A stretch of 64,000 nucleotides of DNA from assembly GCA_910577055.1 (NCBI GenBank), contig CAJTKX010000005.1:116481-180480 (forward strand). Direction: 5' to 3'. Shown in pieces: positions 1 to 8,191 of this stretch (positions within the stretch are counted from its first letter, which is position 1; the number at the start of each line of letters is the position of its first letter). The notes beneath the pieces are model-generated. The model saw nothing but the letters and a program-made list of their open reading frames with translations, did not search any database and was not told the DNA's origin. Source of the stretch: an uncultured Christensenella sp. GTDB taxonomy: Bacteria; Bacillota; Clostridia; Christensenellales; Borkfalkiaceae. Position numbers and translations under genes: made by a program.

Positions 1-52
1 AATGTGTATATTATAAATTAAGGAGTTATCTACGATTAAGTTAAACAATAAT

Positions 53-859
53 GTGAATATTCCCGAAGTAGGTATAGGTACTTTTCTGCTTTCTCCCGAA
101 GAAGCGTACAATTCTGTAAGCGAAGCGTTGAAATTGGGCTATCGACTTATAGACACAGCCAACGCTTACGGTAACGAAAGGTCGGTGGGCAACGCTATGC
201 GTGACAGCGGCGTTGCGCGCAGCGACATTTTTCTCTCTACTAAAATTTGGGCAAGCGAATATCTTAACGACAACGCGGTAGACCAAACGCTTGCAAGGTT
301 AGGCGTTGATTATATCGATTTGCTTTTCCTTCACCAACCTTGCGAAAATTATATGCACGCATACAGAAATTCGGAAAAGGCGTATAAAGAGGGCAAAATC
401 AAATCGATAGGTATTTCCAACTTCGAGGGACAGTATATAGAAAATTTGCTTAAAGAGTGCGAAATTATCCCTCAAATAATTCAAGTGGAGGCGCACCCTT
501 ATTATACCCAAACCGAACTGCGCAAAACTCTTGCCCAAAACGACATTAAATTAATGAGCTGGTATCCCTTAGGGCACGGCGACAGCGCGCTAATTAACGA
601 GCCTATTTTTAAAAAACTTGGCGAAAAATACGGTAAAACTTCGGCGCAGATTTGCTTGCGTTGGCATATCGATATGGGATTTATCGTTATCCCGGGCAGC
701 AAAAATTCCAAACATATATCAGATAACTTCGATATTCTCGACTTTTCGCTTACCTCCGAAGAAATGGCGGAGGTTGCCAAGCTTGACAAAGGAAAAAGGT
801 ATTATAACAGAACCGACGCACAACTGAAAGAGTTTTCCGCTTGGCGCCCTAATTTATAA
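53..859 (+). CDS. aldo/keto reductase family oxidoreductase (2,5-diketo-D-gluconate reductase-like)
   Basis: The 268-aa ORF has a GTG start after an AGGAG RBS. AKR motifs are present (GIGTF..., LGYRLIDTA, IPGS.K). Confidence 0.8.
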   Translation: MNIPEVGIGTFLLSPEEAYNSVSEALKLGYRLIDTANAYGNERSVGNAMRDSGVARSDIFLSTKIWASEYLNDNAVDQTLARLGVDYIDLLFLHQPCENYMHAYRNSEKAYKEGKIKSIGISNFEGQYIENLLKECEIIPQIIQVEAHPYYTQTELRKTLAQNDIKLMSWYPLGHGDSALINEPIFKKLGEKYGKTSAQICLRWHIDMGFIVIPGSKNSKHISDNFDILDFSLTSEEMAEVAKLDKGKRYYNRTDAQLKEFSAWRPNL

Positions 860-999
860 ACAGCGTAAAATAGTTATGGTAAGACTCGTAATTCCGTGGT
901 TACCACAACAAAACGCATCGGGTTATTTATCGTTATGTCGCAGAAATTTCGTTTTATTATAATTCAAACGGAGTTTTTTGTCTTATTTATCGGCAATAG

Positions 1000-1700
1000 C
1001 CTCAATAGAACCCCGCCACTATGGCGGGGTTTTCGTTTGCACAAAAAAGTCCGAACCAAAACGGTTCTACCTGCCAGTTGCAGAAGAAGAAAATCAAACG
1101 GAGGATAATTAAAATGCCAGAGCAAAATAATATCACAAACAGTTTAGCACATACGAAATGGAATTGCAAGTATCACATAGTGTTCGCACCGAAATATAGG
1201 CGGAAAGTATTTTTTGAAGAGAAACGAATAGAAATACGAGAAATCTTGCGAACGCTATGCCAATGAAAGGGCATTGAAGTGATAGAAGGAGAAATATGCC
1301 CAGACCATATACATATGTTGGTAAGCATACCACCCAAAATGAGCGTTGCGGGATTTATGGGATATTTGAAAGGCAAGAGCAGTCTAATGATATACCAAAA
1401 GTGGGGCAATATGAAACTTGCATACCGCAACCGTGAATTTTGGTGTAAGGGGTACTATGTAGATACAGTAGGTAAAAATACTACTGCAATAAAAGAGTAC
1501 ATAGCAAACCAATTAAAGCAAGATAAAGAAGCAGACCAATTAAGCGTGTTCGACCCGAACGACCCTTTTAAGGGTAGCAAGTAAAAGATGCATGACTGGC
1601 AGGTCAATTCTCCGGCGCACTTGTGCGCTGCCAATATTGATTAGGGCTATGCCCGAAAATGAAATACCACCCGCTATGCGGGTGGATTATTATTACATAG
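1000..1700 (+). mobile_element. IS200/IS605-family (IS200-group) insertion sequence, tnpA-only, about 700 bp
   Basis: There is a left-end hairpin ccccgcc-acta-tggcgggg at ~1011-1029 and a right-end hairpin ccacccgc-tat-gcgggtgg at ~1667-1685. An internal tnpA is present. Confidence 0.7.
1114..1584 (+). pseudogene. tnpA: IS200-type Y1 transposase TnpA interrupted by a single in-frame TGA (1264-1266)
   Basis: The N-part HTKWNCKYHIVFAPKYRRK and the C-part PDHIHMLVSIPPK...REFWCKGYYVDTVG lie in the same frame, separated only by TGA. The HxH and catalytic Y motifs are conserved. An RBS GGAGGA precedes the ATG at 1114. Confidence 0.8.
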
Positions 1701-1740
1701 TAAAACGCAACCCCATTCTGTATTCGAATAAGGTTGCGTA

Positions 1741-1817
1741 TGGTGCGCCGTAAGGAATTCGAATCCCTAGCCTTTGGTTCCGTAGACCAACGCTCTATCC
1801 AGTTGAGCTAACAGCGC
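1741..1817 (-). tRNA. tRNA-Arg (anticodon ACG)
   Basis: The reverse complement folds as a cloverleaf. It has acceptor GCGCTGT/ACGGCGC, D-arm GCTCAACTGGATAGAGC, anticodon loop CTACGGA, T-arm GGGATTCGAATCCCT, and an encoded CCA. Confidence 0.85.
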
Positions 1818-1871
1818 ATAAAGATATTAAATTATAAAACCAAAGGCAATAAGCCTTTAGCTGCACTCATA

Positions 1872-1905
1872 AGACCAACGCTCTATCCAGTTGAGCTAAC
1901 AGCGC
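1872..1905 (-). repeat. 34-nt exact direct copy of the tRNA-Arg 5' half (position 1 to U33), about 55 bp upstream of the intact gene
   Basis: Positions 1872-1905 are identical to 1784-1817. The copy lacks the anticodon, T-arm and acceptor 3' strand. Confidence 0.8.
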
Positions 1906-1994
1906 AATTATCAAACCGTTATTTTCAAACGGCTAAAACATTATATAAAATATAATTTTTTTTGTCAATCGTTTTTTAAGCGCGAAAAATTAAT

Positions 1995-2855
1995 TTATCG
2001 CCAAAGCTCGTCAAGGTCAAAGCCGAAAACTTGCACGGGCTGCAAATAGTCGGAGTTCGCCAAGTCGTACGGCACAACCATACACCCGCCGTTGCTATCC
2101 AAGTCGATACCGAACTGCTTAAACGCATACCAAATAATATGTGCGCATTGGGTTTTTCCTATATCGTTTTTATTCGTCAGTAGTCCCGCCAAGCCCTCGT
2201 ACGGGATACCTATAAGACTCGTTTTTGCGTAATCTACAACATTTTGTATGGTTTCCGCGCTGATTTTATTTGGGTCGGGGCGTAAAACCATAAAATTCAC
2301 CCTATCGGTGAAGTCCCGCACAGTGCCTATTCTGCTGTAAGTTCCGTATGCGTTCGCTTGCATAACGCTGCCCAAGGTTCCGCCGCCCGTCACCAAACCC
2401 GCGTGTCCGATCCTAACGAAAGAAATGTGCGTGGAGGAGGTCACTATTATATCGCCGTCCTCCAAATAAATATTTGCAATATGCGTTTCGATAAAGTCGG
2501 TACAAGCATAGGGCGCAACTTGCCCGTTTTTAACCTCGTGCGGCTCAAAAAAATCGTCTTGAATTTGCTTAACAAGCCTTTTGCCCGCGTCGCCCCTCTC
2601 GATAGCGCGGTCAACGCCAATCTTAGTTAAACCCGTCTGACGGTACAAAACCTCGTATGCCTCGTCCGTCAGTTCGCCGTTCAAATACTCGTCCAAGTCC
2701 AACTTTTCGTAATCGGGTTGAATGCACCTAATATTCGCGTCGGAAACCCAAAACGCAATCTGCAACCCGAACGCAACCAACGCAAGAAAAACTATGAACG
2801 CGCCGCAAACTATCAAGGCAATTATTCTTTTTGATAGCTTTTTTCTCTCTTTCAT
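1995..2855 (-). CDS. membrane-anchored hypothetical protein, possible permuted papain-fold (NlpC/P60-superfamily, YiiX-like) hydrolase
   Basis: The 286-aa protein has an N-terminal TM helix. A His (IGHAGLV) precedes a Cys (GKTQCAHIIWYAF), the order seen in circularly permuted NlpC/P60 enzymes. Confidence 0.35.
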   Translation of the reverse strand: MKERKKLSKRIIALIVCGAFIVFLALVAFGLQIAFWVSDANIRCIQPDYEKLDLDEYLNGELTDEAYEVLYRQTGLTKIGVDRAIERGDAGKRLVKQIQDDFFEPHEVKNGQVAPYACTDFIETHIANIYLEDGDIIVTSSTHISFVRIGHAGLVTGGGTLGSVMQANAYGTYSRIGTVRDFTDRVNFMVLRPDPNKISAETIQNVVDYAKTSLIGIPYEGLAGLLTNKNDIGKTQCAHIIWYAFKQFGIDLDSNGGCMVVPYDLANSDYLQPVQVFGFDLDELWR

Positions 2856-2857
2856 AA

Positions 2858-4102
2858 TTATTTCGTCAGCCTTTCAATTGCCAATTTGTAAATTTTAAAG
2901 CACTTTTCGATTTTCTCGAAAGTGATATACTCGTTTGCTTGGTGAATCGTGTTCTCCTCGCCGGCTTCTTCGGGCCCGAACGCCGCGCCGCACTTTAACG
3001 CCCGCGCATAAGTTCCCCCGCCGATAGCGACGGGCTGCACCGATTTCCCCGTAACCTCGTTATAAACCGAGCACAACGTTTTTATAAGGAAACAATTTTT
3101 ATCGTTGAAGAGGGGGGCTTGCTCGGAAACAATTTCATACTCAATCCCGCCGTCTTTTATCGGTTTTAAAATATCTTCCTTTTTCATCGTGGCGGGATAT
3201 CGGATATCGCAAGTCACCGAAAGCTCGTCGCCCGCTTGCTCTATAACGTTGGGCGAAAAGGTGAGATAGCCCGTTTCGTCGTTAAGCTCCTTCAAACCGA
3301 AGCAATTGCCGAACAATGCGTCCTTAATATCTTCAAGCCCCAAATATTCCAAAATCGGTTTAATTGCATTTACTCCCTCGTCGGGTGTGGAACCGTGCGC
3401 CGACTTGCCCACGGCAACCAACTTTCCGCCCTCGGATAACAGTCTAAGGCTTGCCGCTTTCTCCAAATCGAGGGGCGCCATTACTTCACAGCGGTCGCAA
3501 ACCATATTCGCATAGCTGCCGCCTTTAAGCCCCGTAAACGAGCCGCCCGCCGTAAATTTCAGTTTAAGGTGCAAAATTCCCTTTTCGGCGTAGATGACGG
3601 GGAAGTCCGCATCGGGCGAAAATCCCTCTTCGGGCATAACGGCGTGCGCTTTATAATAATCGATGCAGCCCCAGCCGCTCTCTTCGTTGCAGCCTACAAT
3701 AAGCTTAATTCTGCGCTTTGGCTTAAACCCCTCGTCCAACAACGCTTTCATCGCAAAAAGCGCGCAAACGGCGGGACCCTTATCGTCCATTGCGCCTCTG
3801 CCCCAAATTCGTTTATTTTCGTAATCTATCTCGCCGCCGAACGCGTCCCGAGTCCAACCGCCGCCGGCGGGCACCACGTCAAGGTGCGCAAGTATCGCAA
3901 AGTCCTTGCCCGTGCCGAAAACCACCTCGCCCGCATATCCGTCGTAATTTTTCGTTTTAAAGCCCAAAAATGCCGCAAGGCTTAAAAAATAATCAAGAGC
4001 TTTTCTCGCTCCCGCGCCGAACGGCGCGCCCGCTTCGGGGGCGGCTTGCGCCGAATTGAATTTAATTAGCTGTGATAAGTTTTTTACTATATCGTCAAAC
4101 AT
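2858..4102 (-). CDS. pepV: M20A family dipeptidase (PepV-like)
   Basis: HLDVVPAGGGW, GRGAMDDKG and VGCNEESGW motifs are present. The likely start is the second ATG (4102), which is preceded by GAGG. The ORF extends to 4123. Confidence 0.8.
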   Translation of the reverse strand: MFDDIVKNLSQLIKFNSAQAAPEAGAPFGAGARKALDYFLSLAAFLGFKTKNYDGYAGEVVFGTGKDFAILAHLDVVPAGGGWTRDAFGGEIDYENKRIWGRGAMDDKGPAVCALFAMKALLDEGFKPKRRIKLIVGCNEESGWGCIDYYKAHAVMPEEGFSPDADFPVIYAEKGILHLKLKFTAGGSFTGLKGGSYANMVCDRCEVMAPLDLEKAASLRLLSEGGKLVAVGKSAHGSTPDEGVNAIKPILEYLGLEDIKDALFGNCFGLKELNDETGYLTFSPNVIEQAGDELSVTCDIRYPATMKKEDILKPIKDGGIEYEIVSEQAPLFNDKNCFLIKTLCSVYNEVTGKSVQPVAIGGGTYARALKCGAAFGPEEAGEENTIHQANEYITFEKIEKCFKIYKLAIERLTK

Positions 4103-4211
4103 AAAAAAACCTCGTAAAAACATTATACAACTTTTTTAATTTATGGTAAAATAAAAAAGATATATTTTCGCAAATTTCAATCACCCTTTTAATCGGCAAA
4201 AAAGGAAAAAT

Positions 4212-5423
4212 ATGGGCGCAAAAAAAAAGTTTGACTTGTATTCAAAAAGAATTATCGATTATATAAAGCTATTGTTTGTCATTTTAATGGGCGTAATCTG
4301 TATAGTCATTTGCGCACAAGCATTTTCAAAGGTTTCCGCAGCTAACTTTTACGCCACGATAGCTTGCTGCTTGATTTTAACCGCATTAGAAGCTGTAAAC
4401 GCTTTCGTCGTAAAAAAGTTCGTTGCGAAAATGGTGTTCTACGGATTGGACAGCGCGCTCATTCTTACAATCTGCATTTTGACGGGTAACTCGTTTATGT
4501 CAACGATTTACTGCATAGTTTTAACGCAGTGCTACATCGCGGTCGAAAGTTTTAAAGATAAGTGCGTCTTGTTCGGCGTAAGCTGCGGCATATTCAGCGT
4601 ATCGTTCCTTATCGGCAGTTTCGTAAGCAATCCCAACCCCGACGCGGTCGAAATTATCTCGGGGGTTTTATTCGGGCTTGTTGCAATAGTTTTAGACTTT
4701 GTCATAGTAACGTTTTTGCTCAAATTCTACAAGACTAACCTCGAACTGTCCGCCGCACTGAAAGAAGCGGACGAAAATCGCGCCCGTCTCGAAGAAGCGT
4801 ATGAGGAACTGACCAGCACCAAAGTATTTGAAGAGCGCAACCGCATAGCCAAGGATATTCACGACACGGCGGGGCACTCGATGACCACCGTAATTATGCA
4901 GACAGAGGCGGCCAAGCTGTTAATAGACGAAAACCCGCAAGAAGCTAAAACCCGAATAATTTCCGCAAACATACAAGCGAAAAACGCCTTAGAGCAAATG
5001 CGTGAAAGCGTGCACCTTTTGGCGGGGCGGGACAAAGCCCGTCCTTTGCGCGAAGAAATAGAAGAGGTCATTGCACAAACCATTGACGGCACCTCGGTAA
5101 AGGCGCGTTACGATTTGGACGACGTCCAACCCGAATACGAAACTTACCGCTTTATCGTAAACAGCTTAAAAGAGCTTTTGTCAAACGGCATACGTCACGG
5201 CAAAGCTACGGCGTTTTACGTCGAACTTAAAGCTTGGAAAGATGTGCTAACCCTACTCGTTTCGGACAACGGCGAAGGGGTCAAGGGTGAGATAAGGGAA
5301 GGGTTCGGACTTAAAGGCATACGCGAAAAAGCCGAGCGAATGGGCGGAAAGGTATGGCTATCGAGCGAAGAAGGGGACGGGTTCGAAATAGAGATAACCG
5401 TGCCCGCAAAGGAGACTAAATGA
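4212..5423 (+). CDS. sensor histidine kinase, HisKA_3 (NarL-partner/LiaS-DesK type) with about 5 N-terminal TM helices
   Basis: It has an H-box ERNRIAKDIHDTAGHS and a C-terminal HATPase (GIRHGKAT...DNGEG.....GFGLKGIRE). Confidence 0.8.
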   Translation: MGAKKKFDLYSKRIIDYIKLLFVILMGVICIVICAQAFSKVSAANFYATIACCLILTALEAVNAFVVKKFVAKMVFYGLDSALILTICILTGNSFMSTIYCIVLTQCYIAVESFKDKCVLFGVSCGIFSVSFLIGSFVSNPNPDAVEIISGVLFGLVAIVLDFVIVTFLLKFYKTNLELSAALKEADENRARLEEAYEELTSTKVFEERNRIAKDIHDTAGHSMTTVIMQTEAAKLLIDENPQEAKTRIISANIQAKNALEQMRESVHLLAGRDKARPLREEIEEVIAQTIDGTSVKARYDLDDVQPEYETYRFIVNSLKELLSNGIRHGKATAFYVELKAWKDVLTLLVSDNGEGVKGEIREGFGLKGIREKAERMGGKVWLSSEEGDGFEIEITVPAKETK

Positions 5424-6058
5424 TAAAAGTACTGTTAGTGGACGACCAACAAATACTTGCCGAAGGCATAAAATCCGTTCTCGAAACCTCGCGCGAAGTA
5501 GAGGTTGTGGGAATAGCGTCGGACGGCGTTCGTGCCGTCGAGGCGGTTTCCGCCGTCAAGCCCGACGTCGTTTTAATGGACATACGAATGCCCAACATGA
5601 ACGGCGTGGTTGCAACCAAAAAAATCAAGGAAATAGACGAGAATATCAAAATAATAATTCTCACCACTTTTGACGACAGCGACTATATTCTAAGTGCCAT
5701 AAACAACGGCGCAAGCGGATACCTTTTAAAGGACATCGGCGCAACCGCTTTAATAGACGCGGTGAAGAACGCTTACGCCGGCGATACTATATTGCCGGCA
5801 AAAATCGCACGGAAGATTACTTCGGCCGCCGCAATGATTTCCTCGGATAAGGAATACAAGCTAAAAAAAACTTATAACTTTTCCGAGCGAGAGGTGGAAA
5901 TCGCTTTAATGCTGTCCGACGGCTTTACCAACAGACAGATAGCTTCCGCCTTGAAATTATCCGACGGCACCGCAAGAAATTACATCAGCGCAATCTATTT
6001 AAAGCTGGGCGTAGACGGTCGCTCAGCCGCGGTCGAAAAACTGAAAAATTTGCAATAG
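5420..6058 (+). CDS. response regulator, NarL/LuxR family (REC + LuxR HTH)
   Basis: It overlaps the kinase stop by 4 nt. It has the receiver domain D (VLMDIRMP) and a C-terminal LuxR HTH (EREVEIALMLSDGFTNRQIASALKLSDGTARNYISAIY). Confidence 0.85.
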   Translation: MIKVLLVDDQQILAEGIKSVLETSREVEVVGIASDGVRAVEAVSAVKPDVVLMDIRMPNMNGVVATKKIKEIDENIKIIILTTFDDSDYILSAINNGASGYLLKDIGATALIDAVKNAYAGDTILPAKIARKITSAAAMISSDKEYKLKKTYNFSEREVEIALMLSDGFTNRQIASALKLSDGTARNYISAIYLKLGVDGRSAAVEKLKNLQ

Positions 6059-6147
6059 ACCCCCATATATCCCACAAACAACGTATTTTTTACTAAACCC
6101 GCCCTTTGGCACAGCCAAAGGGCGGGTATTTCAATCATATATATGGG

Positions 6148-7218
6148 TCAAAGGTCAAAAGCAATGGCTGTAATATCGTCGTTCAATTCCTTACAGAAAG
6201 CCCGCAAGTTATTTTCAAGGTTTTTAATAAAATCATCCGCCGTTCTCGAATAAGACAGCGTCTTAATCACTTTGTCAACGCCGAACATTTCCCCGCGCTC
6301 GTTTTTGCACTCGGTCGCGCCGTCCGTCAACAGAACCAAAATATCGCCTTTTTTATAAGGTATGCTGTCGTCGAAGTAAGCGGGGTTGTCAAACCAGTTC
6401 GATACGGGAGGAGAGTTCAACATAACCCTCGTAATTCCGCTGCCCGTTTTCAGCAGCAACGGTACGTTATGCCCCGCCATGGAATAGGTTATACTGTCCT
6501 CGTCAATTCGCACCGCGGCAACGGTAACGTAGTTTCTTTCGTCCAAATTCAACTCTCTGAACTTCGCGCTTAGGTTGGATATCGCTTGCGCGGGGGAGGG
6601 TGTTTTCTTATCGTAAGCCGCTTTCACAAACGCAGAAAGCATACCCGCCGCAACGCCCTTGCCCGATACGTCCGCAATCACGCCGCACGCAGAGTTTTCC
6701 ACTGTGTATACGTCGGGTAAATCGCCGCCTATTTCGCGGCACGGCAAATATGTGTAGGAGTATTTCTTGCCGCCCGCCCATTTTCCCGCGGGCAAAAGCC
6801 TTTGTTGAATGTTTTTCGCCGTTTGCAGCTCACGCGCGACTTCCAGCTCGAACGCGTCGTCCACGGTCGCCATACACAGTCCGCCGCCGAGCGGGGTTAC
6901 CGTTATCGAGTAGGAAACCTCGTGCACGGTTTCGCCGCTTTTAACGCGCTGAAACACCCGCCGCGCGACCTCTTTATTCGAAAGGAACGCGTCCTCGAAC
7001 GTTTCCGCCAGCCCGCAGCCTCGGCAACCTCCATCCTCGCCGCAACGCTTGCAATTTCCCGCGCAAGCCGTTACCGAGCCTAACGTCCCGCGCGCCGCGC
7101 CGTTCGGGAACAGATTTCTGAACGCGCGGTTATAGAACGTCGATTTTAAGTTTTGGTCGGCGACGACAACGGCTGATTTAACGTTGTTTAAAATTCGCCT
7201 CAAATATTTTTCGGTCAT
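6148..7218 (-). CDS. PP2C-family (SpoIIE/RsbU-like) serine phosphatase with N-terminal PAS-like segment and Cys5 cluster
   Basis: The C-terminal PPM motifs are GDLPDVYTV...GVIADVSGKGVAAGM...LLTDGATE. The N-terminal part carries CAGNCKRCGEDGGCRGC (C-x3-C-x2-C-x5-C-x2-C). Confidence 0.7.
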   Translation of the reverse strand: MTEKYLRRILNNVKSAVVVADQNLKSTFYNRAFRNLFPNGAARGTLGSVTACAGNCKRCGEDGGCRGCGLAETFEDAFLSNKEVARRVFQRVKSGETVHEVSYSITVTPLGGGLCMATVDDAFELEVARELQTAKNIQQRLLPAGKWAGGKKYSYTYLPCREIGGDLPDVYTVENSACGVIADVSGKGVAAGMLSAFVKAAYDKKTPSPAQAISNLSAKFRELNLDERNYVTVAAVRIDEDSITYSMAGHNVPLLLKTGSGITRVMLNSPPVSNWFDNPAYFDDSIPYKKGDILVLLTDGATECKNERGEMFGVDKVIKTLSYSRTADDFIKNLENNLRAFCKELNDDITAIAFDL

Positions 7219-7221
7219 AAA

Positions 7222-8139
7222 TCAAGGTAAATAAAATTTAAGTTTCTTTTCAACTATATGCGCTTCGAGCGGCACGTTGTCGTACAGTTCGCCCTCGGCT
7301 TGCAAGGTGTAGTTTTCGTCCTCGTGCACAAAAGTCGCCGCCTTCGTCCTAACGAAGGTTACGTTTTTAACCTCGTCAACCTTGCCCGCTACAAGCTTGA
7401 AAAACGCTTTAATCATTCCCAATCTCGAAATATAGTCCACAATAAGCAAATCAAGATACCCGTCGTCTATTTCCGCGTTGGGGAACAGTTTTATGCCCCC
7501 GCCGACTTGCTTGCCGTTGCCAAGCGCGGCGATAAGCCCGTAGTGTTTTTCTTCTTTTCCGTCGTATTTCAAGGTAAAATTGCAGCTTTTGAAGCTTATA
7601 AGCGAGGGGATAAGCGCACGAAAATATTTAGAGTGCCCGCGCATTTTTCTAGTATAAACGCGCTTTAAAATATCCACGTCTATGCCCATACCCACGGCAT
7701 TTATTGAGCGCAACCCCGACGAAAGCTCTATAAAATCAATTGCTTTGGGCGCTTTAAAGGCAATAATTTCCGCCGCCCTTTTCGCGTCGCTCGGAATTTT
7801 TGCCGTCGCGGCAAAATCGTTGCCCGTTCCGAACGGTATAAGCCCTAACGAGCATTTATCGAAGTTTTTAAACCCGTTTAAAATATCGTGCAATGTTCCG
7901 TCGCCGCCCATTGCTATAATGGTGTGTTCCTCATCGGAAGCGGTTATTATCTCCGCTTGCCGTTTCGCGTCGCCTTCCTTATGGGTCAAAAACACTTCAT
8001 ATTCTTTTCCCGCAACGTCCAAAACCCTTTTAACGGTTTCAAGCTTTCGGCTTCCATTGCCCTTCAAATGTGTTTCGTTTGCGATTATGTAGTACAAAAT
8101 ATTCTCTCCGTAAATTGGTGTACCGAATTTATTATACAA
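7222..8139 (-). CDS. diacylglycerol kinase-family lipid kinase (YegS/BmrU/DgkB-like)
   Basis: The GGDGT motif is present (IIAMGGDGTLHDILNG) and the protein is 305 aa. It sits 3 nt upstream of the phosphatase gene on the same strand. Confidence 0.8.
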   Translation of the reverse strand: MYNKFGTPIYGENILYYIIANETHLKGNGSRKLETVKRVLDVAGKEYEVFLTHKEGDAKRQAEIITASDEEHTIIAMGGDGTLHDILNGFKNFDKCSLGLIPFGTGNDFAATAKIPSDAKRAAEIIAFKAPKAIDFIELSSGLRSINAVGMGIDVDILKRVYTRKMRGHSKYFRALIPSLISFKSCNFTLKYDGKEEKHYGLIAALGNGKQVGGGIKLFPNAEIDDGYLDLLIVDYISRLGMIKAFFKLVAGKVDEVKNVTFVRTKAATFVHEDENYTLQAEGELYDNVPLEAHIVEKKLKFYLP

Positions 8140-8153
8140 TATTTAAAACAGAA

Positions 8154-8182
8154 TTGCAATACTTTTAAAAAAAGGCTATAAT
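8154..8182 (+). promoter_or_regulatory. sigma-A type promoter of cca (TTGCAA-17-TATAAT); the ATG at 8192 lies ~10 nt downstream, suggesting leaderless mRNA
   Basis: Consensus hexamers are present. There is no SD between the -10 and the start codon. Confidence 0.45.
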
Positions 8183-8191
8183 AGATTTGAA

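Noticed and set aside
896-1108. A 70-aa ORF at the IS left end.
   Set aside because: It overlaps the IS200 left-end hairpin and promoter region. It has no RBS or motif and is probably spurious.
1264-1266. The in-frame TGA in tnpA could indicate genome-wide TGA recoding (code 4 or 25).
   Set aside because: Very long ORFs (rpoB 1345 aa, rpoC 1225 aa, the 1860-aa giant gene) are uninterrupted under the standard code and terminate cleanly. TGA is therefore a stop in this host, and the tnpA case is a local nonsense mutation or an imported codon.
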